DNA of 26,750 nucleotides from a virus, in UHGV virus genome UHGV-1449992; one strand, given 5' to 3'. The notes beneath the pieces were generated by a model. That model did not search any database. It was not told where the DNA came from and saw only the letters and a program-made list of their open reading frames with translations. Positions 18,801 to 26,741 of the stretch are shown here, one piece after another (position 1 is the stretch's first letter; the number at the start of each line of letters is the position of its first letter). Both the position numbers and the translations under genes were made by a program.

Positions 18801-18917
18801 GGGATAGTCCAGGAGGTTGCCCCATCCGGTGAAAGCAACTGTCAGATTACCGCGCCGGAATATAAAGAAATTTTCTACGCCTACGACGACGCCACATACC
18901 CCGGCGACGTCGCTTAA
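15840..18917 (+). CDS. Tail tip / host-specificity protein (J-like, TipJ-type); N-terminal hydrophobic segment suggests a fused gpI-like portion
   Basis: 1025-aa ORF with 4-nt overlap to the upstream gene; size and position match a central tail fibre/tip protein. Confidence 0.75.
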   Translation: MTIKFFPSRLPGEPLETHEHGAMTLHEWMARNVPSYSQDRKHPVAVELDGRAVPPAEWPLCLLRPDSDVRIYPIPYGTGLEIAVWVSVAVSIASTAYALFFAPKPELGGFSSGNSASLDLNPAKANTAKLGDPVREVFGRNRIYPDYLVQPVTRFDPNDPTRMTVEMFVCLGYGRFSYTGGDFRVGETPALPLGDGFSYTSYGPGDNVAGDRRSEVWFNSTEVGGTSSGSGLDMAQTAPEASDIVADAMTVSGASVSFSGLDVDDDNDDDEDENKLPPGWIEGAIVTLKAPVNYQVSIEGGFNVLTGDVVSEIAPFSGMPVTLTFNGTDYDLQIATYTPHQDAVPGTGGATAVLRASASPSTYDFTTTSQTFALTWQGITYTISLVANYGTMSGLLAAINGGLNGSGLIAQDDGGVIRIVEISSPWRGGSITSSFLPASVFGDGPVFTAGAASSGGSPAVTASITLAYDSGTAFSGLPEGTQRISLAHRGNEYQIASTDGPSATVQRVVNGVIDSTWSGFMTRTVVDFAASGINDNETWLGPFLACPQNEVVDAFEVNFAFPNGICGFQNNGNKRVRHVEYEIQYRVYGSGSGWTSKPGVYALKNINGLGFTERFDLSSPGLVEVRCRRRNEQGSNNARDSMFWQALRGRLLSRPTSYAGISTIGITVETGGQLAAQSDKRVSVVATRNYDGGGDRTISGAFLHLARSLGYRDDQIDIAGLSTLEATYWTPRGEYFDHQASSDSTSAKDIFDKIAEAGMGYFLLSDGLLSVGREGVKSWTGIITPQDTVEEMQTSFRVPSEDDFDGVDVKYINPVTWAEETVQCRTPENPFPRKTEAYTIDVVMTADRAWRIGMRRLMKYLHQRRTYTATTAMLGWCHDFGDHIILSDDIRTGKTQSCLIDAMTYDFQEITLHVTEPLDWSYTNPRCWILFQNSRPSSRMLTPQRIDDFTLTIPYNDDLHPEDWIMDDPDIDPPRLLFCDSEKGARHGIVQEVAPSGESNCQITAPEYKEIFYAYDDATYPGDVA

Positions 18918-18946
18918 TACCCCATAAAAATCCCTTATTAACTCTT

Positions 18947-18972
18947 TTCGCTCAAACCCTCGTTTGCGCGAA
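18947..18972. other. 26-bp near-palindrome resembling a Hin/Gin/Cin/Pin-family invertase crossover site (left copy)
   Basis: TTCGCTCAAACC-CT-CGTTTGCGCGAA; half-sites match each other at 10 of 12 positions and fit the hix/gix pattern TTnTCnnAAACC-NN-GGTTTnnGAnAA as recalled from memory. An identical copy in inverted orientation lies at 26716-26741. Confidence 0.45.
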
Positions 18973-19300
18973 CGCCTTTTTTGGAGCAAAAAACATGGCC
19001 TTTAACCCGGAGCTGGGGAGCACGTCTCCCGCTGTTCTGCTCGATAACGCCGAGCGCCTGGATAAGCTAGTGAATGGTGATGTGCTGACCGAACCGGACC
19101 GCGCGGGCGTTGATCTGGATACTTGGCGCGGAATGATGGCGAAAAACGATGAGGTTAGGAAAAACCTGATCCCATTGAGTAAGCAATACATGACGATTGA
19201 GGCGGCGCAGGCTGATATCGCGAATATTCCAGAGGGGTCAACGACCTATGTGAGAAGCCCAGGCAATATAGCCCTGGCATTTGAAGTTATTAATAATGGG
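18947..19300. repeat. Left arm of an inverted repeat (leader plus 5' roughly 300 nt of the tail fibre gene)
   Basis: Leader 18947-18997 is identical to the reverse complement of 26692-26741 apart from a 1-nt A-run indel; the coding part is about 80% identical at nucleotide level. Confidence 0.8.
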
Positions 19301-22300
19301 GGAGTGCTTGAACCTACATGGCGAGCAATGCCGTCGCAGGCTTATGTAGATTTTACTTTATCCAGCGCGGGACAACTGCCTTCAGCGATAATGACCCGTG
19401 ACGAAATATACGCTTCGGTCGAGAGATACGGGCAGTGGACTCGTACTGATACCAACGGATGGGCTGTCGGAGTCAAATCCAGTGGTAAGCCAGTGAACAG
19501 CCTGGCGCTGTGGCTGAATAACCTTTCTGAAATCAGCACGCTTTCTGTTTCTGTTTATCACCGCACTGTTGACGGTTTTTCAGTTCTGCCGGGCGCCGCT
19601 ACAGACAAGCTAATGAGTAGCCAGTCGGTCGCATCTGAAGACGTAGCGATAACTCAAGCACTGGCGCAAGGGTATCAGTTAGTCAGGCTCACCGTGCCTG
19701 ATGTACTGCTTAAATCTGATGAAATCATTCTGTTCGTCGTTAAAGCGCTCGATGCTTCAGGCGCTCCAGTTTATCTGGGGTGTGGCCGGGCGCCGGTTGA
19801 ATCAGGACAGGTTTCTGATTTAAATAACTCTCTGGGCGGTTTCTGGCTTGATGTCGCCCAGACAGCATGGAAGACAGTTACCTCATCTGACAGTCTGTAC
19901 CGGCTGGCTTACAGGGTCGGCTATTTCAGTACGGCAGCCAATAATTACTCGGCCTTTGCTCTCTCCCGTAGTGTTGTGCAGGAGGTTGTGGGAAACAGCT
20001 CAAATTATGCGACGGGCACGACCTTGTCAGGGCGATTTTATGGCTGGGCACTTGGTTTCAAATCTGTGCCAGGGGCGTTCGATATGATCACCCTTTACCA
20101 TAACAACCTCGATGCGGTGGCATATATTGATTACAGGATTGTTCTGCGCGAATTGACTTACGGTACTGCTGCGCAGCCTCTCGGCACTATCGCAACGGAC
20201 AGAGAGGTATTCTCATCACGTAAACTTCCACCGCCGCAGGGGAATAGCCTTTTCACCGCTGTTGATTACCCAGTTCCTGAACTTGTGGTACCCGCAGGAT
20301 ATTTTGCTGCAATAGAACTGCACCCGCTGCAGTGGAACGGCGATACGGCGGACATGGGATGCCAGGCTCATAACTATGCAGGGGAGACATTGCCAACCGA
20401 TATTGGCAGAGGCTATTTTGTCAATCGTAATGATAACGTATGGCGCGTAATATCAGATTCTACTAATGGACTCGCGTATGCACTTGCTCTTGCCGAGTGG
20501 GGAGGCATCCCTCAGGGGGTTGAAAAAGCACAGGGTGAAATCTCGACGCTGAATTCACTAGTTGTTCAGACCAGCCAGACCGTTGCGGAAATGAATACCT
20601 ATGAGATGGAAACGTCTTTTGAAAAAGCATCAGATAATCTTCAGTGGTCCTATGCATCTATGGTTGAATCTGCTCGATTCTGGCGGTGGGCGGTGCCAGT
20701 TTCTGCAGAAGCATCTGAGTTAAAATCCATCGCCATGTGGCTTGATGGCGTATCTCTTAATACCATTCTTCAATGCGACGTTTATTTCCGGCTGACATCA
20801 AACCAGACCAATACATCGGGACCGGGAGCTGTATCTGGTGACATTCTGGCCTTGACAGCAAATGTCACGCCGTTGCCAGCTAATACAGCGATGACAAAAA
20901 TCACGCTCCCGGTAGACCGTCTGACGGTACCGGCTGGTTATTTCCCGATCGTGGCTGTGACCGCATATTACAGTGCTGGCGTGAGCGGAAATCTGGGGTC
21001 AGGCTCGAAATCCTACAGCGCTGGTGATAATCCGGCTACGTACCTCAAGGGCTGGTACCAACGTTTTGACCGCACCGGTTGGCAGACTATCCCTGCGGGG
21101 ACATATGCCGCTGTCGCTGTCAGTGCTGTACTTGTCACCGCTCAGGATCTGCAGGAGAAAATTGCGTCTCTTGAATCCGGTTCTGATGTAACCGCCGATT
21201 ATTCCGGGGACAGCATCGATCGCTATGCACCGCAGGTAGCGGCTACTGGATTAACAGCCGTCATTACTGGTAACGCCATTCTCCGCGGGTCAGCAAAACC
21301 TATATCGGGGACGCTGACATTTGATGCGACAACGGTTGGTAGCACGACTGTCGCCAGCAGTCTTGTGCAGGCATCAGCGGCAGCACAATGGCCATCTAAC
21401 CCTAATGCCTGGTTGGGCGAGAAGCGCATCAGCGCAGTGACCGTAACCAATACTGCAACGAGCACACCGTTAACACCAGGGATGCACTATAACGTTGACA
21501 GCTACGGCGGGAAGCTGAGAGGACTGACGGCAACCACCTACGCTGTCAGTGTGACGTTTACGTACACGCGCGAGCGTTACGACCTGATTCAGATTGACCC
21601 GACGTCACTCGCACTGTCAGTGAAAAAAGGGATGGAACGGGCATTTGACGTTCAGGAATATCGTCCCGCGCCTGATGCCGGAAAAGTCGCGCTTTATTAC
21701 GTTCTGGTCGCCGGAAGCACGCTCGAATTCGATCCGGTTCACCGTTATGTAGACCTTGGCGGCGAGATGCTGGATGGCAAGGATTATGGCTTGCTGCGGC
21801 AGCACAACCGGCGCTTCCTTCAGAAAACGCTGGCGCGCCTGAATCGTGGTCAGGCGATTACGCTGGTAGGGCACGGAGACTCAATCACCGCAGTGTCTAA
21901 TATCAACAGCCCGGCGACGACACCGAACGGAACAACGCGTGACCTGCAGAGGTTTTTGCAGGGAGGCTATGGCAGCGACACACTGACGAACTTGTATCCC
22001 GCGCAGGACTGGGGGGATGGCGGTGGTGCTGTTCATGTCAGTATCGGCTGGAACCGGGTGCTGAAGAAGCATTTTGAAGATGTTTACGGGTCAGAAGTGA
22101 CGTATTACAACTTCGGAATGTCGGGGACGACCTCGGCATCTGGTGCGGGTTCAGACCGTCTCGGCGCGATTACCGCGCTTTCACCGCACCTGACGGTTGT
22201 CGGGTTCGGTATGAACGATAACGCGGGAAGTACGCTGTACGGAAACCTGATGACCATCATCAGCACGCTGAAAGCTGCGGGTTCTGAGGTTGTTCTGATG

Positions 22301-22555
22301 CCGGTGCCGCGCACGTCAAATACCGAAGACGGACGCTATACCCAGGACCAGACCCGGTATATGAACCGGCAGATATACAGAGCCGCGATTGACGGAGGCG
22401 CAGCATACGCACCGGCGGACTGGCTGACGGACGACAACAGCAAGGGAGGCATGGGCATTGCCACCACCTCTCTTACTGGCTCAGACCTGCGCAACCATCC
22501 GGGCGGATACGAAATGAGCATCTACGGAAAGGCGCTGGTTAATGTGTTCTGCTGA
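18995..22555 (+). CDS. Tail fibre/spike protein A: conserved N-terminal anchor domain, central body, C-terminal SGNH/GDSL-type hydrolase (esterase) domain
   Basis: 1186-aa ORF with GGAG ribosome-binding site. C-terminal motifs LVGHGDSITAV (GDS block), VVGFGMNDNAG (GxND block) and SDLRNHPGG (Asp/His block) are in SGNH order. Confidence 0.8.
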   Translation: MAFNPELGSTSPAVLLDNAERLDKLVNGDVLTEPDRAGVDLDTWRGMMAKNDEVRKNLIPLSKQYMTIEAAQADIANIPEGSTTYVRSPGNIALAFEVINNGGVLEPTWRAMPSQAYVDFTLSSAGQLPSAIMTRDEIYASVERYGQWTRTDTNGWAVGVKSSGKPVNSLALWLNNLSEISTLSVSVYHRTVDGFSVLPGAATDKLMSSQSVASEDVAITQALAQGYQLVRLTVPDVLLKSDEIILFVVKALDASGAPVYLGCGRAPVESGQVSDLNNSLGGFWLDVAQTAWKTVTSSDSLYRLAYRVGYFSTAANNYSAFALSRSVVQEVVGNSSNYATGTTLSGRFYGWALGFKSVPGAFDMITLYHNNLDAVAYIDYRIVLRELTYGTAAQPLGTIATDREVFSSRKLPPPQGNSLFTAVDYPVPELVVPAGYFAAIELHPLQWNGDTADMGCQAHNYAGETLPTDIGRGYFVNRNDNVWRVISDSTNGLAYALALAEWGGIPQGVEKAQGEISTLNSLVVQTSQTVAEMNTYEMETSFEKASDNLQWSYASMVESARFWRWAVPVSAEASELKSIAMWLDGVSLNTILQCDVYFRLTSNQTNTSGPGAVSGDILALTANVTPLPANTAMTKITLPVDRLTVPAGYFPIVAVTAYYSAGVSGNLGSGSKSYSAGDNPATYLKGWYQRFDRTGWQTIPAGTYAAVAVSAVLVTAQDLQEKIASLESGSDVTADYSGDSIDRYAPQVAATGLTAVITGNAILRGSAKPISGTLTFDATTVGSTTVASSLVQASAAAQWPSNPNAWLGEKRISAVTVTNTATSTPLTPGMHYNVDSYGGKLRGLTATTYAVSVTFTYTRERYDLIQIDPTSLALSVKKGMERAFDVQEYRPAPDAGKVALYYVLVAGSTLEFDPVHRYVDLGGEMLDGKDYGLLRQHNRRFLQKTLARLNRGQAITLVGHGDSITAVSNINSPATTPNGTTRDLQRFLQGGYGSDTLTNLYPAQDWGDGGGAVHVSIGWNRVLKKHFEDVYGSEVTYYNFGMSGTTSASGAGSDRLGAITALSPHLTVVGFGMNDNAGSTLYGNLMTIISTLKAAGSEVVLMPVPRTSNTEDGRYTQDQTRYMNRQIYRAAIDGGAAYAPADWLTDDNSKGGMGIATTSLTGSDLRNHPGGYEMSIYGKALVNVFC

Positions 22556-22573
22556 TTCATTTCATTAACAAAA

Positions 22574-22608
22574 CATTGCGGCTGTCAATTCTCATGACAG
22601 CCGCAATG
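22574..22608. terminator. Bidirectional terminator hairpin between the convergent fibre genes
   Basis: Perfect 14-bp stem CATTGCGGCTGTCA / TGACAGCCGCAATG with 7-nt loop, flanked by A/T-rich sequence on both sides. Confidence 0.6.
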
Positions 22609-22614
22609 ACCTTA

Positions 22615-25600
22615 TTAAAGACACGCTTTCCAGCAGTACAGACCTCCGTGATCGTATGTCGATGCGCCGTTACCCAGACCTTCATACAAATCGGAACGGT
22701 CAAAGGAAAGCATAAAAAGCTCCGTTTCATCTCCATTAGTGAACGGGACCAGCGTGCACCATGGCCCCGTTGTGTTCGGAGCCAGATACACATCCTGCAC
22801 AAATTCCCCCAGGAAGGTCAGACCTGCCTCATACTTGCGCAGATGCAGTCGGTTGGCCGTTCCTCCGCTTGTCAGGTAGGTTGTCTCGCCGAAATGAACG
22901 AACTGATTCCCGGTATCGCGCACGCCAGCAGGGACTTCTGCCGTCGTATATTCCGGCACAATACCGTCGTACAGCGTCGGGCTCCGGAAGGTTTTGCATC
23001 CACTGGAGATGGTGTTTCCCGTCATCACCCACTGGCTGCTCGACGTTTCATAGTAGAAATCAATATCCTCCACGTAGCTTGCCCCGATCCCGAAAAAACT
23101 GCCGTTGGCGTTCTTCAGTTGCACGGAGTTTCTGACGATGATCACGCCGCCCTGCAGCAAGTCCTGTTTCGTCTCAAAGTACAGTTTTGGTCGATTGTTA
23201 TCGGCCAGCCCTTTCCCCTGATAGTCCATACCGCAAGAGATGCCCTTCCAGCTCTGACTGTTCCGGTCATACACCGCCTTGATACTGTCATCACCCAGCA
23301 CGACATCCTCATCGGTTCCGTCAGTCCGAACCTGGAAAATCGCGCCCACCATCTGCACTTCACCGCTGTTGAAGTTGATACGGACTATCTGAGTGTACAG
23401 GTCGGAGATAGTGGTCCCTGTTCCCTCAACGAGAAAATAAAGCCAGTTACCGCGCTGAATAAACGTCCCGTCTTCATAGGTCAGAAAGCGAATGGAGACG
23501 GAATTCGCCCCGCTGGCAATTCGGTTTGAAAAACCACTAAAGACAGCAATATCACTGGCCGAATATGCATCCGTTTGTGCGAACACGTACGTTTTCCACG
23601 TGTCCAGGTATTCCAGCCTGCGGGCATCAAAGATGGCATAGTGCTCATAGCGGCCAATCCATTTCCACGTCCCGTCAGCGTTCACTTTTTTTAGCAGCAG
23701 TGACACCCCGGTATTCTGCACCTGAAGCACTGCGCCGGTCATATCCGAACCGGTGAACGTGGTGGTATCAAGCAGACTCCCTGCGGCGTAGATTTCACAG
23801 ATAACCTGGCTGTTCGAGACGCGGACCGAAACACTGTTCTGCTGGTCAACATCCGCGAACATTATCCCCATCGTGGCATTGCCTGCCAGCCTGTCGATCG
23901 CGATCTCACTGGTTGCAAAGGGCATATAGCGATCCGCGAACATCACCACCCGGCCATTTGCTGTCGGGTTACGGAAAGAGACCTTTCCTGCTGACCAGGA
24001 ATAAGCAAACACATTCCCGGCGGTGATATCGTAAATATTGCTCTGCAGATTCCAGGGATTGTTTTCCAGGTCCATAAAAGAGAGCATGAACGAGTCAGCG
24101 GCATTGTAAAAATCGCGACGCGCCCACTGCTTAGTGAAAGTGTATTCCAGAGGGTTGCTGAAACTGTCGAAGTCAGGCGTCTTTTCAGGCAGCCCGGATA
24201 AATCGACATGGTAAGGCGCGTTAAAAACTTTTGCTTTTACCTGACTGCTCCGCGAGGACTGCTCAATCATGGCGGATACGTCATTGAATCTGGCGACCTG
24301 ATTGGAATAAATCTTCCTGACGGCGTATACGGGATCGGTTGTTTTTCTGACGCGCACCGCAACGTAACCGTCCTGTGTGGCCACTCCGCGATACGTTGCC
24401 GTCACATATCCGCCGCCCGATTTGAAGGTGAAGAGGTCCGACACCCACCCCTTGTCCGCGTCACATTGCATGATATAGGCGATAAGTTCTCCGACGGTGG
24501 CGGAGCCGTACTGCCCGTACATCTCGACAGAGTCGCCTTTTCGCACCGGGATGTAATACATCCGCCAGACACTGTAAGCAGAGCCGGAGACGATATTACC
24601 GCCGCTGTACATTACTGAGTTATCAGCAATGACTGATGCCACGCTGGTATAATCGATGGTTTTTACCGGCCCTCTGAGGTCTGATGCAAAAGCTTTATCC
24701 TGAGACGTCCGTGTTATGGTTGCCGCGGGTGTGGTGACGCGTACGCGCACGTAAACGAAACCATCCTGGGTTGCCACGCCGGCCATTACGCCGTTACTGG
24801 TGACACCCGGTGATGTGTAAGTGGCAAGATTAGCCACCACCGCCATTGCCGCATCCAGCTGAATGATATAAGCAATAACTTCGCCTGCCGTGCCGGAGCC
24901 GATTTGCCCGAAATAGCGCACGATATCCCCCGCGCGAACAGGAACATACGCTGCTTTCCAGTTCTCACCTGCGGTGTCAGAAATCATTCCGCCTGAGTAT
25001 ATAACCCGCCCCGTGATAGTGTATGTATCCGGTGCACTGGTCACGTCCAGGGTTGTTCTGTTAGCCGCAGCAATATCGGCCGGGTTCATTACAGCGTATA
25101 CGTTGCCGGGCAGGGAAAACAGTTGAGTGGTCTTTGTAATGGTTGCTGCCGGATCAGTCACACGCACCCGGACATAAACAAAACCATCCTGTGTGGCGAC
25201 ACCAGTCATAACACCAGCGCTGGACGAACCGGGCGAAGTATAGGTGGCGAGTGGCGCCACAAATTTCATCGCACTGTCGAGCTGGATGATATAAGCCAGT
25301 ACCTGGCCCGAAGTGCCGGAGCCGATTTGGCCGTGATACTGAATAACCTCTCCTGCTTTCACGGGCAGATAAGCTGCTTTCCAGCTATCTCCTGCGTTGT
25401 CCACCACCGAACCATCCGCTGACATGACACGCCCGATAATATATGTGGTGGTTGAAGCATTAGTGACATCCGTAGTCACGCGGTTGGCCGCATTCACAGA
25501 CGTTACAGTTTTGACGCCGAATACATCTGCGCCGGGTGTGAACCGCTCTCTGCTCTGATAAATCGCCGCTTCCGGCGTGGTCACCCGCACACGGAAGTAA

Positions 25601-26694
25601 GCGAAACCGTCCTGGGTTGCCACGCCCGATAAAACACCTGTCTTTTGGACTCCTTCCGACGAATAAGTCACCAGATTCCCCACCACATTAAGGCTGGTGT
25701 CGAGCTGAATTATGTACGCCATCAGCTCGCCGGGAATAGCGCTACCAATCTCACCGTGATATTCGAGAGCATCCCCCTTTTTTACGGGAACGTAAGCAGC
25801 ACGCCATGACTCCCCGGCGGAATCTGTGCGGGTACCATCGGCATAAATCACCCGCCCGATCACCCATGCAGTACTTTGAGATGAGGTAATATCAACAAGC
25901 GGTTTATTCGCCAGTACGTTCTGATAACTGGCATAGCTTGCTACCCCTCCGGCGGCATCAATATCTGCCTCCACCAGAATTGTTTTTTTGCGCTGCGTCA
26001 GGGTGAATTCTGCCGTATCCCTCACCCGGACGTAAATATACCCGTCCTGAGTCGCAACTGCTGACAGAGTGGCTTTATCCGTTACGTTCCCGGTTGATGT
26101 CCACTCAGCCAGAGATGCCACGAATGCTTTGTTGGCGTCCAGCTGGATAAGATACGCTATCTGTTCGCCAGCAGTGTTAGAGCCCACTGTTCCGCTATAG
26201 GTGACGCTCTCGCCCGCCCTGACTTTCAGATACCAGGCATTCCATGTAGGACTCGATGCAGTAGAGCCATCAGCATATATCACCAGTCCGGCAACAATTT
26301 CCGCATCGCTTTTAGCATCCCCTGTTATGTAGCCCGTTTTCAGAGCGCTCATCGACGGCATAGCTCTGCCGGTAGCTGCCAGTGTGCCACCGTTATTAAT
26401 GTACTCATCCGCCAGTGTGCCGCCATCAGGGCTGCGTACATAGGTTGTTGAGCCATCCGGGATGTTTGCAATATCAGCCTGAGCCGCTTCAATCGTCATG
26501 TACTGCTTACTCAATGGCACAAGGTTCTGACGAATCTCGTCATTTTTCGCCATGAATCCGCGCCAGGTATCCAGATCAACACCCGCGCGATCAGGCACGG
26601 TGAAAGCGTCCGAATTCACCAGGTTATCCAGGCGCTCAGCGTTATCGCGCAGAACCGCCGGAGAAGCACTCCCCAGAGGAGGATTAAAGGCCAT
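22615..26694 (-). CDS. Tail fibre/spike protein B: same N-terminal anchor domain as protein A, five tandem copies of a roughly 140-aa domain, distinct roughly 570-aa C-terminal module
   Basis: Probable start at the ATG complementary to 26692-26694 (MAFNPPLGSASPAVL...), with the same leader as gene A; the six-frame ORF extends 10 codons further to 26724. First 110 aa are about 75% identical to protein A. Confidence 0.8.
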   Translation of the reverse strand: MAFNPPLGSASPAVLRDNAERLDNLVNSDAFTVPDRAGVDLDTWRGFMAKNDEIRQNLVPLSKQYMTIEAAQADIANIPDGSTTYVRSPDGGTLADEYINNGGTLAATGRAMPSMSALKTGYITGDAKSDAEIVAGLVIYADGSTASSPTWNAWYLKVRAGESVTYSGTVGSNTAGEQIAYLIQLDANKAFVASLAEWTSTGNVTDKATLSAVATQDGYIYVRVRDTAEFTLTQRKKTILVEADIDAAGGVASYASYQNVLANKPLVDITSSQSTAWVIGRVIYADGTRTDSAGESWRAAYVPVKKGDALEYHGEIGSAIPGELMAYIIQLDTSLNVVGNLVTYSSEGVQKTGVLSGVATQDGFAYFRVRVTTPEAAIYQSRERFTPGADVFGVKTVTSVNAANRVTTDVTNASTTTYIIGRVMSADGSVVDNAGDSWKAAYLPVKAGEVIQYHGQIGSGTSGQVLAYIIQLDSAMKFVAPLATYTSPGSSSAGVMTGVATQDGFVYVRVRVTDPAATITKTTQLFSLPGNVYAVMNPADIAAANRTTLDVTSAPDTYTITGRVIYSGGMISDTAGENWKAAYVPVRAGDIVRYFGQIGSGTAGEVIAYIIQLDAAMAVVANLATYTSPGVTSNGVMAGVATQDGFVYVRVRVTTPAATITRTSQDKAFASDLRGPVKTIDYTSVASVIADNSVMYSGGNIVSGSAYSVWRMYYIPVRKGDSVEMYGQYGSATVGELIAYIMQCDADKGWVSDLFTFKSGGGYVTATYRGVATQDGYVAVRVRKTTDPVYAVRKIYSNQVARFNDVSAMIEQSSRSSQVKAKVFNAPYHVDLSGLPEKTPDFDSFSNPLEYTFTKQWARRDFYNAADSFMLSFMDLENNPWNLQSNIYDITAGNVFAYSWSAGKVSFRNPTANGRVVMFADRYMPFATSEIAIDRLAGNATMGIMFADVDQQNSVSVRVSNSQVICEIYAAGSLLDTTTFTGSDMTGAVLQVQNTGVSLLLKKVNADGTWKWIGRYEHYAIFDARRLEYLDTWKTYVFAQTDAYSASDIAVFSGFSNRIASGANSVSIRFLTYEDGTFIQRGNWLYFLVEGTGTTISDLYTQIVRINFNSGEVQMVGAIFQVRTDGTDEDVVLGDDSIKAVYDRNSQSWKGISCGMDYQGKGLADNNRPKLYFETKQDLLQGGVIIVRNSVQLKNANGSFFGIGASYVEDIDFYYETSSSQWVMTGNTISSGCKTFRSPTLYDGIVPEYTTAEVPAGVRDTGNQFVHFGETTYLTSGGTANRLHLRKYEAGLTFLGEFVQDVYLAPNTTGPWCTLVPFTNGDETELFMLSFDRSDLYEGLGNGASTYDHGGLYCWKACL
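24325..26340 (-). repeat. Intragenic tandem repeat: five copies, period about 393-435 nt, each encoding a domain ending in the motif VATQDG(F/Y)xYxRVR(V/K)T
   Basis: Repeat-end codons map to about 26016, 25581, 25158, 24735 and 24342 on the minus strand; the DNA copies are recognisably similar (e.g. GTCACCCGCACACGGAAGTAAGCGAAACCGTCCTG versus GTGACGCGTACGCGCACGTAAACGAAACCATCCTG). Confidence 0.75.
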
Positions 26695-26741
26695 GTTTTT
26701 GCTCCAAAAAAGGCGTTCGCGCAAACGAGGGTTTGAGCGAA
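26390..26741. repeat. Right arm of the inverted repeat (leader plus 5' end of fibre gene B)
   Basis: Reverse complement matches 18947-19300 (identical leader, about 80% identical coding part). Confidence 0.8.
26716..26741. other. 26-bp hix/gix-like near-palindrome (right copy, inverted relative to 18947-18972)
   Basis: TTCGCGCAAACG-AG-GGTTTGAGCGAA is the exact reverse complement of the left copy. Confidence 0.45.

Noticed and set aside
18947-18972. Interpretation of the 26-bp near-palindrome as merely a terminator hairpin upstream of each fibre gene
   Set aside because: Not fully rejected. Its internal stem would be short and interrupted (CAAAC-CCTC-GTTTG), and its half-site pattern matches invertase crossover sites better than a terminator, so the recombination-site reading is preferred; it needs the recombinase gene or inversion data to confirm.
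22576-23529. 317-aa ORF on the + strand
   Set aside because: Lies entirely antisense within the 1359-aa tail fibre gene B, which has strong homology-like features (shared N-terminus, domain repeats); the protein looks low-complexity and Arg/Cys-rich. Treated as a spurious antisense ORF.
24208-24618. 136-aa ORF on the + strand
   Set aside because: Antisense to the repeat region of fibre gene B; no ribosome-binding site and an atypical composition.
24325-26340. Possibility that the periodic repeats are a CRISPR array or a satellite
   Set aside because: The period is about 423 nt, copies are diverged and in-frame within a long ORF, and there is no short repeat/spacer architecture. They are protein-domain repeats.
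18995-26694. Diversity-generating retroelement targeting the fibre genes
   Set aside because: No reverse transcriptase ORF and no template-repeat/variable-repeat pair with adenine-specific differences is present in the window; the only repeats are the inverted leader/N-terminal copies and the intragenic domain repeats.
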